From positions 41,292,001 through 41,356,000 of the forward strand of contig NC_135655.1 of the NCBI RefSeq assembly GCF_964188315.1: a stretch of DNA of 64,000 nucleotides, in the 5' to 3' direction. Shown here piece after piece: positions 35,217-48,313 of this stretch; position 1 is the stretch's first letter; every line of letters begins with the position of its first letter. Source of the DNA: Podarcis muralis. Its lineage: Eukaryota. Below the pieces are notes generated by a model. The model saw only the letters and a program-made list of their open reading frames with translations. It was not told the DNA's origin and searched no databases. The translations under genes were made by a program, and so were the position numbers.

Positions 35217-35509
35217 AGATAATGCTGTGTTGGCAAGAGGAGGAGCACGTTACAGTCCCAATATTGCCTATTTCAGTCAAAAAAATACTGGGATGATTTG
35301 TACTGCTGCTGGATGTAGAATTCTACTGTAGTGTTTTATTCAAAAATGTAAGACTAGCATCTCTAGAGGCCTTGCAAAATCTTGCACCAAAACATTGTAA
35401 AATGAATGTGTAGAGGGCACAGGATTGTACACATTGACTCTGCCCTGAATGCCATACAATCAACTCAAAGGTCGGAAGAGAACAGATATGCATACAACTT
35501 GTAGTCAAA

Positions 35510-35586
35510 ATGGTGCCTTTCAGATGTTTTTGGACTACAGGTCCCAGCACCCTAGACCATTGGCCATGCTGGCTAAGGCTGATAAG
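35510..35586. mobile_element. Partial palindromic hAT-like MITE, cut by the adjacent SINE
   Basis: CAGATGTTTTTGGACTACA..CCCAGCA..GACCATTGGCCATGCTGGCT..GCTGAT. Confidence 0.55.
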
Positions 35587-35718
35587 GGTTGGAAGGGACC
35601 CTGAGGATCATCGGTTCCAACCTCCTGCAATGGAGGAATATGCAGCTGTCCCTTACAAGGGATCAAACCTGCAACCTTGGCATTATCAGCACCACACTCG
35701 AACCAACTGAGCTATCCA
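35587..35718 (-). mobile_element. tRNA-derived SINE with CR1-like 3' tail
   Basis: Minus strand TAGCTCAGTTGGTTCGAG (A box), GCAGGTTTGATCCC (B box), then ATTGCAGG..GTTGG..GATGATCCTCAGGGTCCCTTCCAACC resembling the CR1 end at 7130-7185. Confidence 0.75.
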
Positions 35719-38700
35719 AGGGGAAATAAATGCAAGGTGGAGTCTGGCATTGTGAGCTACGTATGCCTGATGTTTAGGATCTGTAGGCAGACTTTGGAAC
35801 TCTGCAAATGCAGTCTTTCTGGCAGCCTATGAACAGGGTGGCAGGGGGTGGGCTAACAATCCCAGGGCCCTATAAGGCTGAGGATCTCCTGATGCAGATG
35901 AAGAAGCCATTTCATTCAGCAAAATCTTTCAAACAGATTGGGACTATGGAATAAAGTATAAAGAGCTTAGACATTTGATAAAACCAAGAATGACTTAGGA
36001 GTGTGTGACAGCTGTGGCAGAAACTGCGCATTGATTGCTTGTACCAAATGTATGCCAAGGCCTGGGGAAAAATGCAACTATGCATGTATTCAGTTGCACC
36101 CCCATATCGTCTGCGTCAGGTGAGTGTATATTTACATTGCCCTGTCTGTCAATGGGGTAGTGTCAGGTGACCCATTTTTCATTTGTAGTGCAGTTTGAGT
36201 TCAAGCTATGCTGCAAAGGAAGATTCAGGTCAATCTATGTGGGGCTATAAGTCACCACTGAACCATGAATAGGCCTTTGAGCCTTGCATTTAACAGGGGT
36301 CCACCACACTACAGAATTCCTCATCATGAACTCTGTAGCACAGACAGTCCCAACCATTTTAGGATTATTCCATAGGATTATTCCATAGTGTAGACCAGCA
36401 CTTGCACTAATTCAACATAGTGATCATATCACCACCTAATGGTCTTTTCTGCATAGCCAACTCTTTAATGAAATTAGTACCTGAATGTGTTAAATTGTGT
36501 CTGGGGAGAAAACAGGGGTTGACATGAATGGACCTGGGAATTTCACCCATTCTCCTCACTTATTCACTAATATTTAAATCTGAAGCAGCATTGCAAGGTT
36601 TGGCAGGGAACAGAGCAGTCTGAAGTAGGTTTTGTGGATTCACAGCTTAAGTGAGGACAAAGATGGGAATCCTATACATACATCAATGGGGATTACCTCT
36701 GAGTAGGCATGTAGAGGATTGCATTAGAAAACAGGAAGACCCTTAATAGTTGACTTAAAGCTTCAACTAAAACTTCATTCTAGCTGAACAGAAGGCAACT
36801 GATGCCTCTGTCAGTTGTGATTATGTATGGATAGTTGCAGGCTAGACTACCCTTGGTTAAGCTGATTATTTGGTAATAAAGATGATTAGTTGATAATTCT
36901 TCAGTGGGCTCTTTAGGGGCTGGTGTGAAATAATGTTGCACAATGATTGGATATTCTCCCTTTACTGTTTTTATAAAAGTGGCATCCTACAGCTCAGGGG
37001 AGGGATATAAAAACAGTTTGGAAGCAGTTTGCAGTTTCAACTGGGAAATAGAGAGATGTGAGTTGGCTGTATATAAAATGCCTTAGGATTTAGGGGTTCT
37101 CTTTGGAAACCTGGTGCAGGAACAATGACACTGCTGCCTGCTTCAGGGTCTGCTTCCTTCCTCTGTACTTGTATATTTGTTACAAAGAGGTCTTACGTCT
37201 CTTATCCAAAGAAAGCACTGTTGTGTTTCTGTGAGAACTTACTACGGTTTGTGGATCTGAGGAGCATAACAAGTAACCATGGTTTTCCATGCAAAAATTG
37301 ATTTGACCACTGCATGAACTGGAGTCCAAAAGAGCTTCCCAGTATTTAGTCTGAAGCAAGAGACAAGGTCAGGTTGGGGGAGAGACTGTGCGTCTACTTT
37401 AATACAGAAAAGTTTTGTTGCAAAATTTTAGGAACAGCAAATTCATGGTGGGGGGAGGGGAGCAAAGGCTTTTCTTGTGCTGTCTGGAGTCTTGCCTCCA
37501 TCACACTTAACCAGTTCTGCCCTAGCTATAAATCCGTGTTTTGGTCTTCCTTACTCAAGATGCTTCAACTGATGGTACAAAGCTCCTCTTTATCCAGGCT
37601 AGCAGCTATATGATACTTCCAGACATACCTTTCTTACCCACATGACACATTTGCCATTTCAAGCACTGAAAGGCTGTATATTTCTCTTTCCTGTTATTTC
37701 AAATTCCAGGCAAAATCCAAACTTTTAGAAGTGCGGCGAGATGTTTACCGAAGATTTGAACCTGAGAGGGCAGGCCTTTGTGAGCTCGTGGCAAGAAACC
37801 TGGGCCTCGCTTGCTCCCGTTCATTCAGAAGAGCCCCGTGGAACATAAAAGCTTTTGCACTCAGAGGAGGCAGAGGGTGGCAGCCTCTGTACTAGGCAGT
37901 GACCTGAGGTGGCTTGTGCAAACTGATGTAAAGGAAAGAGTCAACAAAGCAACCTGACTGTATCAGAGTGGGATCCCAAGCAAACACAGTAGGAAGCAAC
38001 TTCTACTGGAACCAGTGAGGTTTACCTAAGAGTAAGTATAACTGGAATCAGGCTGTTAATTAGCAGAGGAAGTAGCAGAAGCACCTAAACTCTACTAGAT
38101 ACAAGGCAAGAAGTGGGAAAGAAAGAAGTGTCACATGGACAGAACTTTGCTCAGGGGAGCAAACTCGGAATCCAAGTTTATAAACCTATTTCTCAAAAGG
38201 ATTACCTTCTTAAAGGGGTTTATATCTGCCCTAGGCATCTTCAGGAGGAAGAGTGGGTTATAAATTCAATAAATAATACATAATGCTATTCAGTAGCTTC
38301 ATAAATGTTCTGTGTGTCTCTTCAAGCCACTGGACATCATAGGTTTTACCTCTGAGTAAACATGCACAGAACTGGACTACATATGTCCTTGTGGAGTATT
38401 TGTAGGAAGGGGATAATGTGATTGCATACCTAGAACACTTCGAAGTTGTATCTGTATAAATTGTGTTCAGAAAGATATGTCAATTACCATGAGAGAAACA
38501 AAAAATGTTGAGGTTGGAACTGAGCCTGATACATCAAGCAAAGCTGAAGTTGAAGTCTTCCACCTGCATACATGGCATGCCATAAATTAAGTTACAAAGC
38601 TTTTGTGAAGCATATTTATTCTGTTCTACTCCAAAAGTCCATGTGATAATTTACCTAAGCTTTATATGTACTTTTTAAAACCAGGGAGTAGGGCTACACT

Positions 38701-39099
38701 GCTAGTCCACCCCTAGTATCAGGTGTGTCTCTGACCTCTTCCCCTGGACATCCACATGTTGGTGTGAACATCAACACTATTGAAACTCTCATGTGTTCAT
38801 TCACAGACTTTCACAGTGCAGACGTCCATGCTCATGAGCAGGTGTTTCTCTGTCCCATGTGATTGGACCCCGTTATTACTGAGTTCCTGCTTTTATAATA
38901 CTGTTGTATTGGGTTAGGGTTTGTTTGTTTTTTAAAAAGTCATATCTGTTTTCAAGATGCTGTTTTGTTGTTTTCATGCTGCATTTTTGAATACCACTTC
39001 CAGAATTCTAAGTAGCTTATAAATGCTTTAAAATAAAACAATGCACAGGGGGCAGGCCAGATACAGAGCCTCACTCCATGCTAATTATACAGAGCACTA

Positions 39100-39459
39100 A
39101 AGGTAAGGTAAAGGTAAAGGTACCCCTGCCCGTACGGGCCAGTCTTGACAGACTCTAGGGTTGTGCGCCCATCTCACTCCAGAGGCCAGGGGCCAGCGCT
39201 GTCCGGAGACACTTCCGGGTCACGTGGCCAGCGTGACAAGCTGCATCTGGCGAGCCAGCGCAGCACACGGAAACGCCGTTTACCTTCCCGCCAGTAAGCG
39301 GTCCCTATTTATCTACTTGCACCCGCGGGTGCTTTCGAACTGCTAGGTTGGCAGGCACTGGGACCGAGCAACAGGAGCGCACCCCGCCGCGGGGATTCGA
39401 ACCGCCAACCTTTCGATCGGCAAGCCCTAGGCGCTGAGGCTTTTACCCACAGCGCCACC
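39100..39459 (-). mobile_element. Sauria SINE, variant subfamily
   Basis: 9-bp TSD AGAGCACTA (39091-39099, 39460-39468); variant tail CCCGTACGGGCAGGGGTACC; CpG-rich, so probably young. Confidence 0.9.
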
Positions 39460-39550
39460 AGAGCACTAGTTTACACAATTGACACATCAAGGGAGTGACA
39501 GTTAAAATTACATGAGAATTCATTCTCTCTATAATAGGTACTTCATAGTA

Positions 39551-39738
39551 TAGGCTGTGGCCATTTTAGGCCCAATTGAGTTGTGGCCGCTCACGCACGG
39601 GTCCTTTTGAACCTGGAAGAGGGAGGAATGGGGGCAGGATGCGGCATAATGGACTTATGTGTGCTCTGCCAACCCGCCTGGGGGCCAGGAATGGAACCTC
39701 CTGCAAAATGGAACCCTCTGCAAAATGGTCACAGCCTG
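39551..39738. mobile_element. Putative TA-flanked MITE
   Basis: TIR TAGGCTGTGGCCATTTT vs AAAATGGTCACAGCCTG, with TA on both sides. Confidence 0.55.
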
Positions 39739-39790
39739 TACTGGCCTTAAGTGCCCTAAAACCTAAGTTACTACATACAGTAGCAGTGAT

Positions 39791-40008
39791 GGGTCAGTGG
39801 TGATTACCTGACCTCCCAATAGCAATGTCCCTGCACTTAGGGACAAGGGAGGGTTGAGATAGTGGGGACAGTTGGGTGGTGTGAACACACTGGCAGAAGC
39901 GTCAGATTGGTTCTGCCAATATGTTTGCACCGCAACGATCTCCCCACCAGCTCATGATGGTAAGTGCCACAACACCAGTGTTGGGAGGTCAGGTAAGTGC
40001 CCCCACCC
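39791..40008. mobile_element. Putative old MITE with 16-bp inverted repeat
   Basis: TTACCTGACCTCCCAA (39804-39819) is the exact reverse complement of 39981-39996; no TSD found. Confidence 0.45.
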
Positions 40009-41016
40009 TCCCTTGCCAACCACTACTGACTACCTGATAGAGTTAAGAATTAGCTGTGCAAAGAATGATCTAACTCCATTTCCAATTTCATATATTTTTA
40101 TTCTGTTATTTCACCCGTTATTTCACAGGAACAAACCGGATGCTTGTTGCTTAAGCTGACCATGGAAAAGCATAGAAGCAACTCTGTCGAGTGATGTTCA
40201 CGGCCTCATCATTTCCACTTTCTAATGTTATCTCCTTGCTTTCAGCTCTCTCTCAGCAAACTCAGGCTTTTCTTGAACCCCATGGGTTTTTGTGTGTTTT
40301 CCCAAGCCATCTGCAGCTGTTTGCTTTGCAAACATCTTTTGCTTTCACCAGCTCCTTATGCATGGCAATCTGTAGGCTAATCCATGAGAGGGCAGTTGGT
40401 GGATTAGCTTGTCTCCCAGAATATGCATGGGAGCATGCATTTAGCATGCCACAAGGCTCCCATTGTGCTAGGCAATGTGCAAATGCAGGAAGAGAAAGTC
40501 CCTGCCTACATCAAAGATATTACACTGTTCATTAAATAGCTATAAGCCTTCGTTCTTTCTGTAATATTTGGAAACACTTGACAGCCAGTACTGCAGCTGC
40601 TAATGTCAACAGACGTGAACTTAATGAATAACTTCACTGAGTGCAGTCAGCACTTCTAAATGGGCAGTGTGATTTCTGCAGTCTTAAGCATGAACAAAAA
40701 GGAAGTTATAAAACCCTTATCTCCCTATTTGTTATTTATTTCTAGTTTTTTATTATGCACGAAAGAAAAGACAAAATGCACTATGGGAAAACACATACAA
40801 AATGTGTATATTAGTGAATATATACAAAAAATGTATGATATTAGGGCAAATTACTTGCAAAGAAATGTATCTGTAAGCCAGAGTTGCAAGCAAAAATGTG
40901 TACATTAGAAGAAATGTACCCTAAAATGCTGGCAGATTCTGGTGAGGATTTTTTTAAAAATTGCAAGCTGATGTGGAAATGCAGCAAATGGATCTTCATA
41001 CTGGAAAAATGACGGA

Positions 41017-41123
41017 GGGTTGTATCCAGCTAAGATGTATTCAGAGTTGACCCACTGAAATCAATAGACTTTAGTCATATCCATTAATTTCAAAGGCTCT
41101 ACTGACATAGCTGGATCCAACTC
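41017..41123. mobile_element. Short palindromic MITE-like repeat
   Basis: GGGTTGTATCCAGCTA ... TAGCTGGATCCAACTC ends; same family as 35097. Confidence 0.55.
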
Positions 41124-42100
41124 TGATAGAAACCACAGTTGACAAAGGTTTGACGACGACCGGGGAGTGGAGTTGAGCTGTTGGCCCCACCCCAGCATAT
41201 AGCATATGTAGGCTCTTTTCATATTTAGTTAAGGGTATGAAAAGACCTTCCAAACCTGCAAACTGAACATGTGTTGGCTGTCTCCCTTTGACTGAACAGT
41301 CTGCAGAAGACAATGTCTTTGACTGCACATGCAGAGCCTGATGTGTATACAAGTAGCATGCATGTAGGTTGTTGAATATGCAGAGGTTTGGGAGTGGGAA
41401 CAGCAGCCGTGATCTCATTCCTGCTCCAGACATTCAGTGAATGCAGGGCTAATATACCATCAGGGTTTGCAACAGAAGTCAGCATTCTCAGGCATCTCCC
41501 AAGGCCCACACTTCCACAGTGGGAGCACTGTTGACACCCAGAGTCCCCTTGCCTTGCTACTCCTGCTTTTTGCTGTCACTACATGGTTCCCTCTCCTCTA
41601 TGAGAGAGAGAGCAATGACAGGAGCAAGCAGAAGGAGCAGTGACCTCTCCTTGCCTTGACTTCTCCCTCCAGACAATGCCTCTGATAGAAGACAAGCAAT
41701 TGGGCAGTAGCCGTAGCTTGGAGGAAGAGGAGATGGGGCTACTCAAGCATCTTTGTCCAAGGGTGCCTGAAAACTTGGAGTCAACCCTGTATCACATCCT
41801 AGTTTGTAAAATTGGAGATGTGTTTGTGAACCTTTCTTAAATTTGTAGTTTTCTCATAATCTAATCTCACTAGACTCCAAAGTCAGGAAGTCAAAAGTAT
41901 TTGAGATACACCACTGTTCAACCTGCACTTCCATGGAAAATATATTGATAACGAAATAAATGCAAAATGCTTTTCATTTCTTCAGATATGAAAAGCAGGA
42001 AGCGGAGCCTGCATTAATTTCATGAGATTATTTTCATCTTTTTTATTGGGGTAGAGTAAGTCAGACCTAAATAAATAACATTGTTTGAAATCCTATTGAG

Positions 42101-42136
<36 letters not shown>

Positions 42137-43281
42137 TCTAATTGGTCCTGAGGACAGACGTCATGAAGGGACAAGATGTAATAATGAATGCCTTGCCTTA
42201 ATCCTAAACACATCATGGGGAAGTAAATTCTAATAAAATAGTGTAAGTTATTTTCAGGCTATATATTTTGCCTCAGGGTGTAACTGTGGATTTAGCACTA
42301 CTGGTTTTTTGTTTTTTAAAAAGGCATTTCCCTGTATGCAATCCTTTTTACAGCTTTTAATAACAATGGCATCTGGAAGCTTCATCTTTCAAAAATAATC
42401 ATAGTAATGAGTTCCCCAATGAGGCATACTAAGGCATGTGCATACTTTTTACTGTATAGGGCATTTCCTGCCTAAAACAAAATATGATATTGTGAATATT
42501 AAATAAATACTATTTTAGAACAAGAGACAAGCTGTTCATATACCATGGGAAAGAACTCCCATGTTTGTTTCCATTTCTGCTCTGTACCCTGGCTATGGTT
42601 GAGAGAGGTTACATTTGAACATCCTGTTTATGGAGAGCTGCAGGAAATGTTGGTATGGAAAAGCAAGTGTCATTGATAACTGGCACCAAGTTGCTAAATA
42701 TTTGCACTGGCATATCTGCCCCCCCTTGGCATTGTAGTGTGGTTCGTTGGGATAACCAGCCCCTTCCTAAGAACACATGCTGGTGCATGCTGTCAGCTGG
42801 TTTTGAAGTTTGTCATGGCCACTTCAGGGCTGGAAAAAACATTTTATATAACAGGAAGAGATGGCATGGCTAGCTTGAGAACTGAGTGAGCCTGCATTTT
42901 TGGGATCCATTTTTCACACCATGTTTTTACTCCATCAATACCGGGACATCATTCTAGAGTTACATGCCCCTCCATGGTACTGACTCCAGAAAAGGCCAGT
43001 GTCCTTAATTCACACAATCATTTTATTTCTTTTATTTCTTTTAAATATTGCATGCCACCTTTCCTATCAGTTCAAGGTGACTAGTAATAATAATAAGCAA
43101 ATAATAGTAAAATAAAAAAATGGAAGCCACTTAAAATGCTCACCTTAAAAACATTTAGATATATTCAGACTGTAATGCAAATATTTAAGAATCTTTTTTC
43201 TAGCATCGCATTCCTAAAGTGCCTACTCAGAAGTAAGTAACAAGTTAGCTGAAGAGGTGCAGGAATAATTTTACACTTCTC

Positions 43282-43348
43282 TGTTGTTGTTGTTTAGTTG
43301 TTTAGTCATGTCCGACTCTTCGTGACCCCATGGACCAGAGCATGCCAG
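43282..43348 (-). mobile_element. BovB (RTE) 3' tail fragment
   Basis: (TGT)n-TTAGT..GTCCGACTCTTCGTGACCCCATGGACCAGAGCA, matching 48314-48380. Confidence 0.8.
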
Positions 43349-44016
43349 TAATCCCCATTGACTTCAATAGGATTTATTACCATGTGTGTTTGTATAAGGT
43401 TTCTAGGTCGTCTCCTTTACAGGTGGTGCCTTAAGAGCACATGTTCAACTATGTTCAACTACTGAGATTGGAGGATCAACTGGAGAAATTTGTACAATTA
43501 CTTGCAAAGTTCTTTATCACTGGAAATGAGGGTACATTTCCAGCCATAAACATTTCATTGTAGTAGCAGCCTTTTGCAAAAATAGTGGTCAGTAACATTT
43601 CACATCTCCTGGTTGAGAATTGGAAGTTGCTCACTCAAGGGATTCCTTCCCATTATATTTCCATACTTCTACACTGTTCTCTAATTACTGAGCTATATGC
43701 ATGCTCATCCTCAGACAAACAATGGCCCTGGAAGTTTTTGTGGTGTGGAATCACTGTCTCTTGAATGCCACTGTCTACTATTTTGCCTACTATTGTGAAG
43801 GGTGCCGTGATGGGATGGGGAAGAGAACAACACTGCTTGCTCATGCGCTAGATACAAGGCAAGCTTCTCAGTCCATTGTAACAATTTTCCAAGATAAAAA
43901 TGAGTCTTTGGGCACCTTAAGACTAAAAAAAATAAAAAATAAAAAATAATAAAAATCATGGCCCAAGCCTTTGTGGACTAGAGTCCAGTCCATGAAGGCT
44001 TACCCCACAATATATT

Positions 44017-44189
44017 CAGTGCTTTTTTTCTTGGGGTACACAAGGGTATGCATACCCCTAAACATTTTGTGAATCTTTGTACTTTTGTCCATTTACTGTC
44101 TTTATTTTCCACAATTTGAACTATAAAATTGCGATTTTCTTGAGTCAAAATGAGAGTAGCCCTAAACATTTTTTTAGAAAAAAGCACTG
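44017..44189. mobile_element. hAT MITE
   Basis: TIR CAGTGCTTTTTTTCT/AGAAAAAAGCACTG; 8-bp TSD AATATATT/AGTATATT. Confidence 0.8.
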
Positions 44190-45924
44190 AGTATATTTGT
44201 TAGTCTATAGCCACAGGAGTCTTTGTTGTTTTGCTCTACTCATAAAGCTGCAATGGCAACAATGATCCAGAGTAGCTCCCAGCTCCTTACTTCCTGCTTG
44301 TCCAAATTGGTCAAATCAAGTCCACCTGCACTAACTATGTCTGCACCTCCAGCAAACATAGTAGTTTGTCCAATTCAGAGGGCAGTGGATTTTGCCATTC
44401 TTTGCCACCTTTCACACTGGATTTCAATAAGCAGACTCGTACTTCTGTGCATCGTACAAATATGGGGAATTCCTGAGCAGATGTGCTCTGCCTCAGTAGA
44501 TTTTGCTTCAATCTGTTTGCAATGCATGTAGATAGTAGTAAGATTGGATGTCAAATAAGTATTCAGAAGCTATCTTTAAAACATTGCCATTGATATCTGG
44601 CAAAAAATGCTTATAAAAGGATAGATTGCTCAGTTGTGAACCTGGTCCTAATGAAGGGGAAGTTTCTGAAATATATCATATGTCAGAAAAAGAGGGGGCA
44701 TGGTGTACATGCTATATTATTTTGAGAAATAAAAGAAAATAAGACTATCTGGATTTTTGTTTTCATTTTCTGGCCAGCCTACCCATGGAGCCCCCCCCCA
44801 TTAATGTGAAATCAATCAAGTTCTCATTAATGCTTTCATATCCTCTGATATTTTGTCTATATATTCATCTTGCAGCCAATGTAACATGCCTTGGTTTCAT
44901 TTCTCTAATTTTTCTGACCCCAAAATATTTGGCAGAATTTCCCCCCTAGCAGTTTTCTTTCTGCTTGCCATTTTTTTTTTTTTGAGTTCCACGAATTTTG
45001 ATCACTGCTCTCTTTGTGTCTTGAGGAACATTGAAGGAAAGTTGATGAACCATGGGTATTAAAAACAACAAGAGCTTGTGCATTACATTTTCTTCCTTGG
45101 GTTGGGCTGAGCAAATGAGCTCGCTGCTTCCATGACAAGTAGGCAAACTTAAAACAGTTAATGCTTTCATCAGGTGAGCAAGCCTTTGAAATGCCTTTGA
45201 TGTGGCATGGCAAATTTGCCACAGCAACTGCAAGCTGGCCGTATAAACACCCTGCCCTGGAGAATGTTGTTTTGTTTTCCAGACAGACTTCAGTTGCTGA
45301 GAGGAAGTATGCCACTGTGCCAGCAACCAGAAGTCAAACCAATTTACTCTGAATTGGAAATGAAAACACGCACACGTGTGTGAACACCACAAAACAAACA
45401 CATTTCAGGGGCAAATAGAAAGCACTAAAAAGCAAACTGTAATCACATCTGGGACTTATCACTGTTTTATGGTGAGATAAATCTTGAATAGTGCTAGAGA
45501 TTTCTTTCACGAAGGGACTGGAGCGGGGAAAAGGCTTTGACAAAATGTCAGAGCCTTTAATGGTTGCCACTGTTAAGAACATTAGGCACTGCAAATATCG
45601 CAAGGAAATGTGTGCAGTTATTACAGTTGGCCCCAGTCCAATGGTGTGTACATGCGAAAGCTGGGGATGTATGAGTTTAGACCTGCCGGATCAGCGACCA
45701 ATCAGCTATTTTGCATGGACCCAGCCATAAACCTTCCTGCTCCAAACAGCCAATCAGTGCTTGTGCTGGTTATCTGATATGGCCTTGCATTCACAGCCCC
45801 AGCTGCTGGGACATATGTACAGTTTGTGTGCTCTTGGTGCATATTTATGCATAGGATTGGCTCCGCTAGGTATGCAAATGGAAGCCGGCTTCCCTGCATG
45901 TATAGCCTCCAGATGGATTAGAAG

Positions 45925-46152
45925 CAATAATGGTACTTAATATTTGTATAGCACTTCCAAGTATGGTGTTTAACATGCATTATCTCCTTGCAGTCCTCAC
46001 AACAAGGTTTGTTGGTATTATTGCCTCTCATATTGTAGGTGGGGCAAATGAGAGTGACTTGCCCAAGGCTACCTAATGAGTTCATTGCAGAGGTACATTT
46101 GACTCGGGGACTCTCTGATGTGTAGTGCAGTCTCTTGGCCACTACGCTGCAC
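45925..46152 (-). mobile_element. Old MIR/Ther1-like CORE SINE
   Basis: Plus strand CATTATCTCCTTGCAGTCCTCACAACAA...GTGACTTGCCCAAGG...CCACTACGCTGCACCA (reverse CORE and tRNA head). Confidence 0.7.
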
Positions 46153-46637
46153 CATATCCAAAATTATCATTCTTTATTTTCATTTCTTTTTTAAAGTCTT
46201 CAGTCTTCCATCAAGCATGAAGCTTAAACAGCCAACAATAAAATGAATAACAAACCAGCAATTCAGTTCCATTGTAGCATACCAAAATAACTTGACAACA
46301 TATTTCTCAGAACAAAACCACGTTGACCGCTATGATGAAACAATGCTTAAAATTATTCCAGCTCTTCTAAAGCACTTCAGGCTGCAGTCCTTTACACCAG
46401 AGGAGAGGAACCTCAGGCCTGGGGTGGTGTTGAATGTGGACCAACAGGTAGGTCTCTCATTCAGGCCCTTACAATTCTCAGCAGGCCATACCCCTCATTT
46501 GACCTGCTTCACCCCCTGACTGTTTTTGCCTGGCTGGAATGTACGTTCCCTGGTAAGGTCTCTGGCATGTCTGGATGGAGGGATGTGTGAGTGTGCATAG
46601 AAACTAGGCTACTGTACAAAGGTAAAATGTACATTAG

Positions 46638-46775
46638 CAGACCCTCCAAGTATCCCTATTTTCCAGGGACAGTCCCGGAGTAATCGAAGCCATTCTGGTT
46701 TCTGATTTGATCCTGGAATGTCCTGCTTTTCCTTAGGACATCCCCGTTCCCATCGGAAAAATGTTGGAGGGCATG
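46638..46775. mobile_element. 138-bp MITE with 6-bp TSD (short form of the 3446 element)
   Basis: TIR CAGACCCTCCAA/TTGGAGGGCATG; CATTAG at 46632-46637 and 46776-46781. Confidence 0.85.
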
Positions 46776-48313
46776 CATTAGTTGCTCCAGCCACTTTTGC
46801 ATCTGGCTCTGCTCACCTCTCTCTTGTGACCCTCAGGAGATGGAATGAGCTCCCCTTGGACTCACACTTAGCTGGGAGCTGGTTAAAACACAATGATGCT
46901 TCCCACTAGACATGGGCTGGATTGTTATCTAGCATTATTTTCAGTCACAGATCTTGGTCATAAGGAAAAATAGTGGGGTGGGGGAGGAGAACAGAGGAAG
47001 GTTTAGTGCCTCTTCTGCTGCCCACTAAATCACCCTGCCTATGTTGCCCAACCCAAGGTTAACGTTGTCAAATTTGGGATATATGGCTCAGGCAATTCTT
47101 AAGCCGTTCTGGACTCAGGTAGTTCAGGACTTTGTGTATCAGGGTAGGGTATAGATAAATAAATAATGTCAATCCTAATTTTTTGGGGGGTACTTAGATT
47201 ACAGGCCTCATTGAATGCCTAGTAACAAAAAACTGCCCCCAACTCTTGGAATTCTTGGTGATATATTTGACACTGGAATAAAATGGCTACCAATATTCCT
47301 AATTGTACACAAAATTATATCCACAGAATTCGATATCCATAGTATTTTTGTCCATAATCTTTTTTATTACTTTCACTCTAAATGTACTCATAATTGAATG
47401 AAAAGGTGCCAGTCAACCAAAGATTTAAAGAGAAGTGGGAAATGGTGTATGGACTGGCTATACATAGGCTCTTTGTAACTTTAGCCACTATAACATAAGC
47501 AGCCATGTGTGTCTGGCAAAAGGGTAAGGGTAAGTGAAAGAATACAATGAAGTGTTAAATTAGCCTGTATGGGGTTAGTAAGGACAGAGGATAAATTTTA
47601 TTTAAAGAAAGTAACATTGTACCTCATGCCAAACTGAGGTAATTTCCTTCCCCTTTCTTTATTTCCTAGGTTCCCAGATTTACAATTTTAATGGCGCTTG
47701 CCAGAGCTCACCTGAAGAAAGCATTATTCAAATGAAATCTTAAGAAAATATTTTTGTACAGGGCCTAGACCCATAAAGAAATACTACTGTATGCTGACAC
47801 CCCCCCCCCCCGTATAATTATACTACTAATTGCATCCATAAATAGCCCAGTGTTGCTGTAGTGCAGAGTGAAGATTCTGGGACCATTAAACACTCCATAG
47901 GCAGTTCTTTAAAGAAAAAGATTTACAACTTTGCTACTTACTATTACTCAGAATAGGTGGCAGGGGCAGGGGCGGCGGGGGTATTCATGCAGCCATTTTG
48001 TGTAGGAAAGTACGTTTTCTGAATGCCCCAAATACGGTAAATAAACTTTTACAATTTGCAAAGAAGAGAAAATCCCACCACTGTCCACTGCTAAAGATGT
48101 GAGGACCCATCCTTTACATTCATGGCTCAGTGGTTCAGTGTTCCCTCCCATTGGCCATGCTGAGAGACTTGTAGTGCAAGTCTGTATATGCCTCCTCACA
48201 AAGTAAGCATCATTGAGTTCAGCGGAATTTACTCTCCCAGGTAAGTGGGTACAGGAATGCAGGTTGAGGCTATGCTTGTACACATTATGTATTTTATTTT
48301 ATTTGCAATATTT

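Noticed and set aside
47670-47742. Strong acceptor followed by short terminal-exon-like frames (GSQIYNFNGACQSSPEESIIQMKS* or VPRFTILMALARAHLKKALFK*)
   Set aside because: No homology recognised and no nearby poly(A) signal that I could tie to it.
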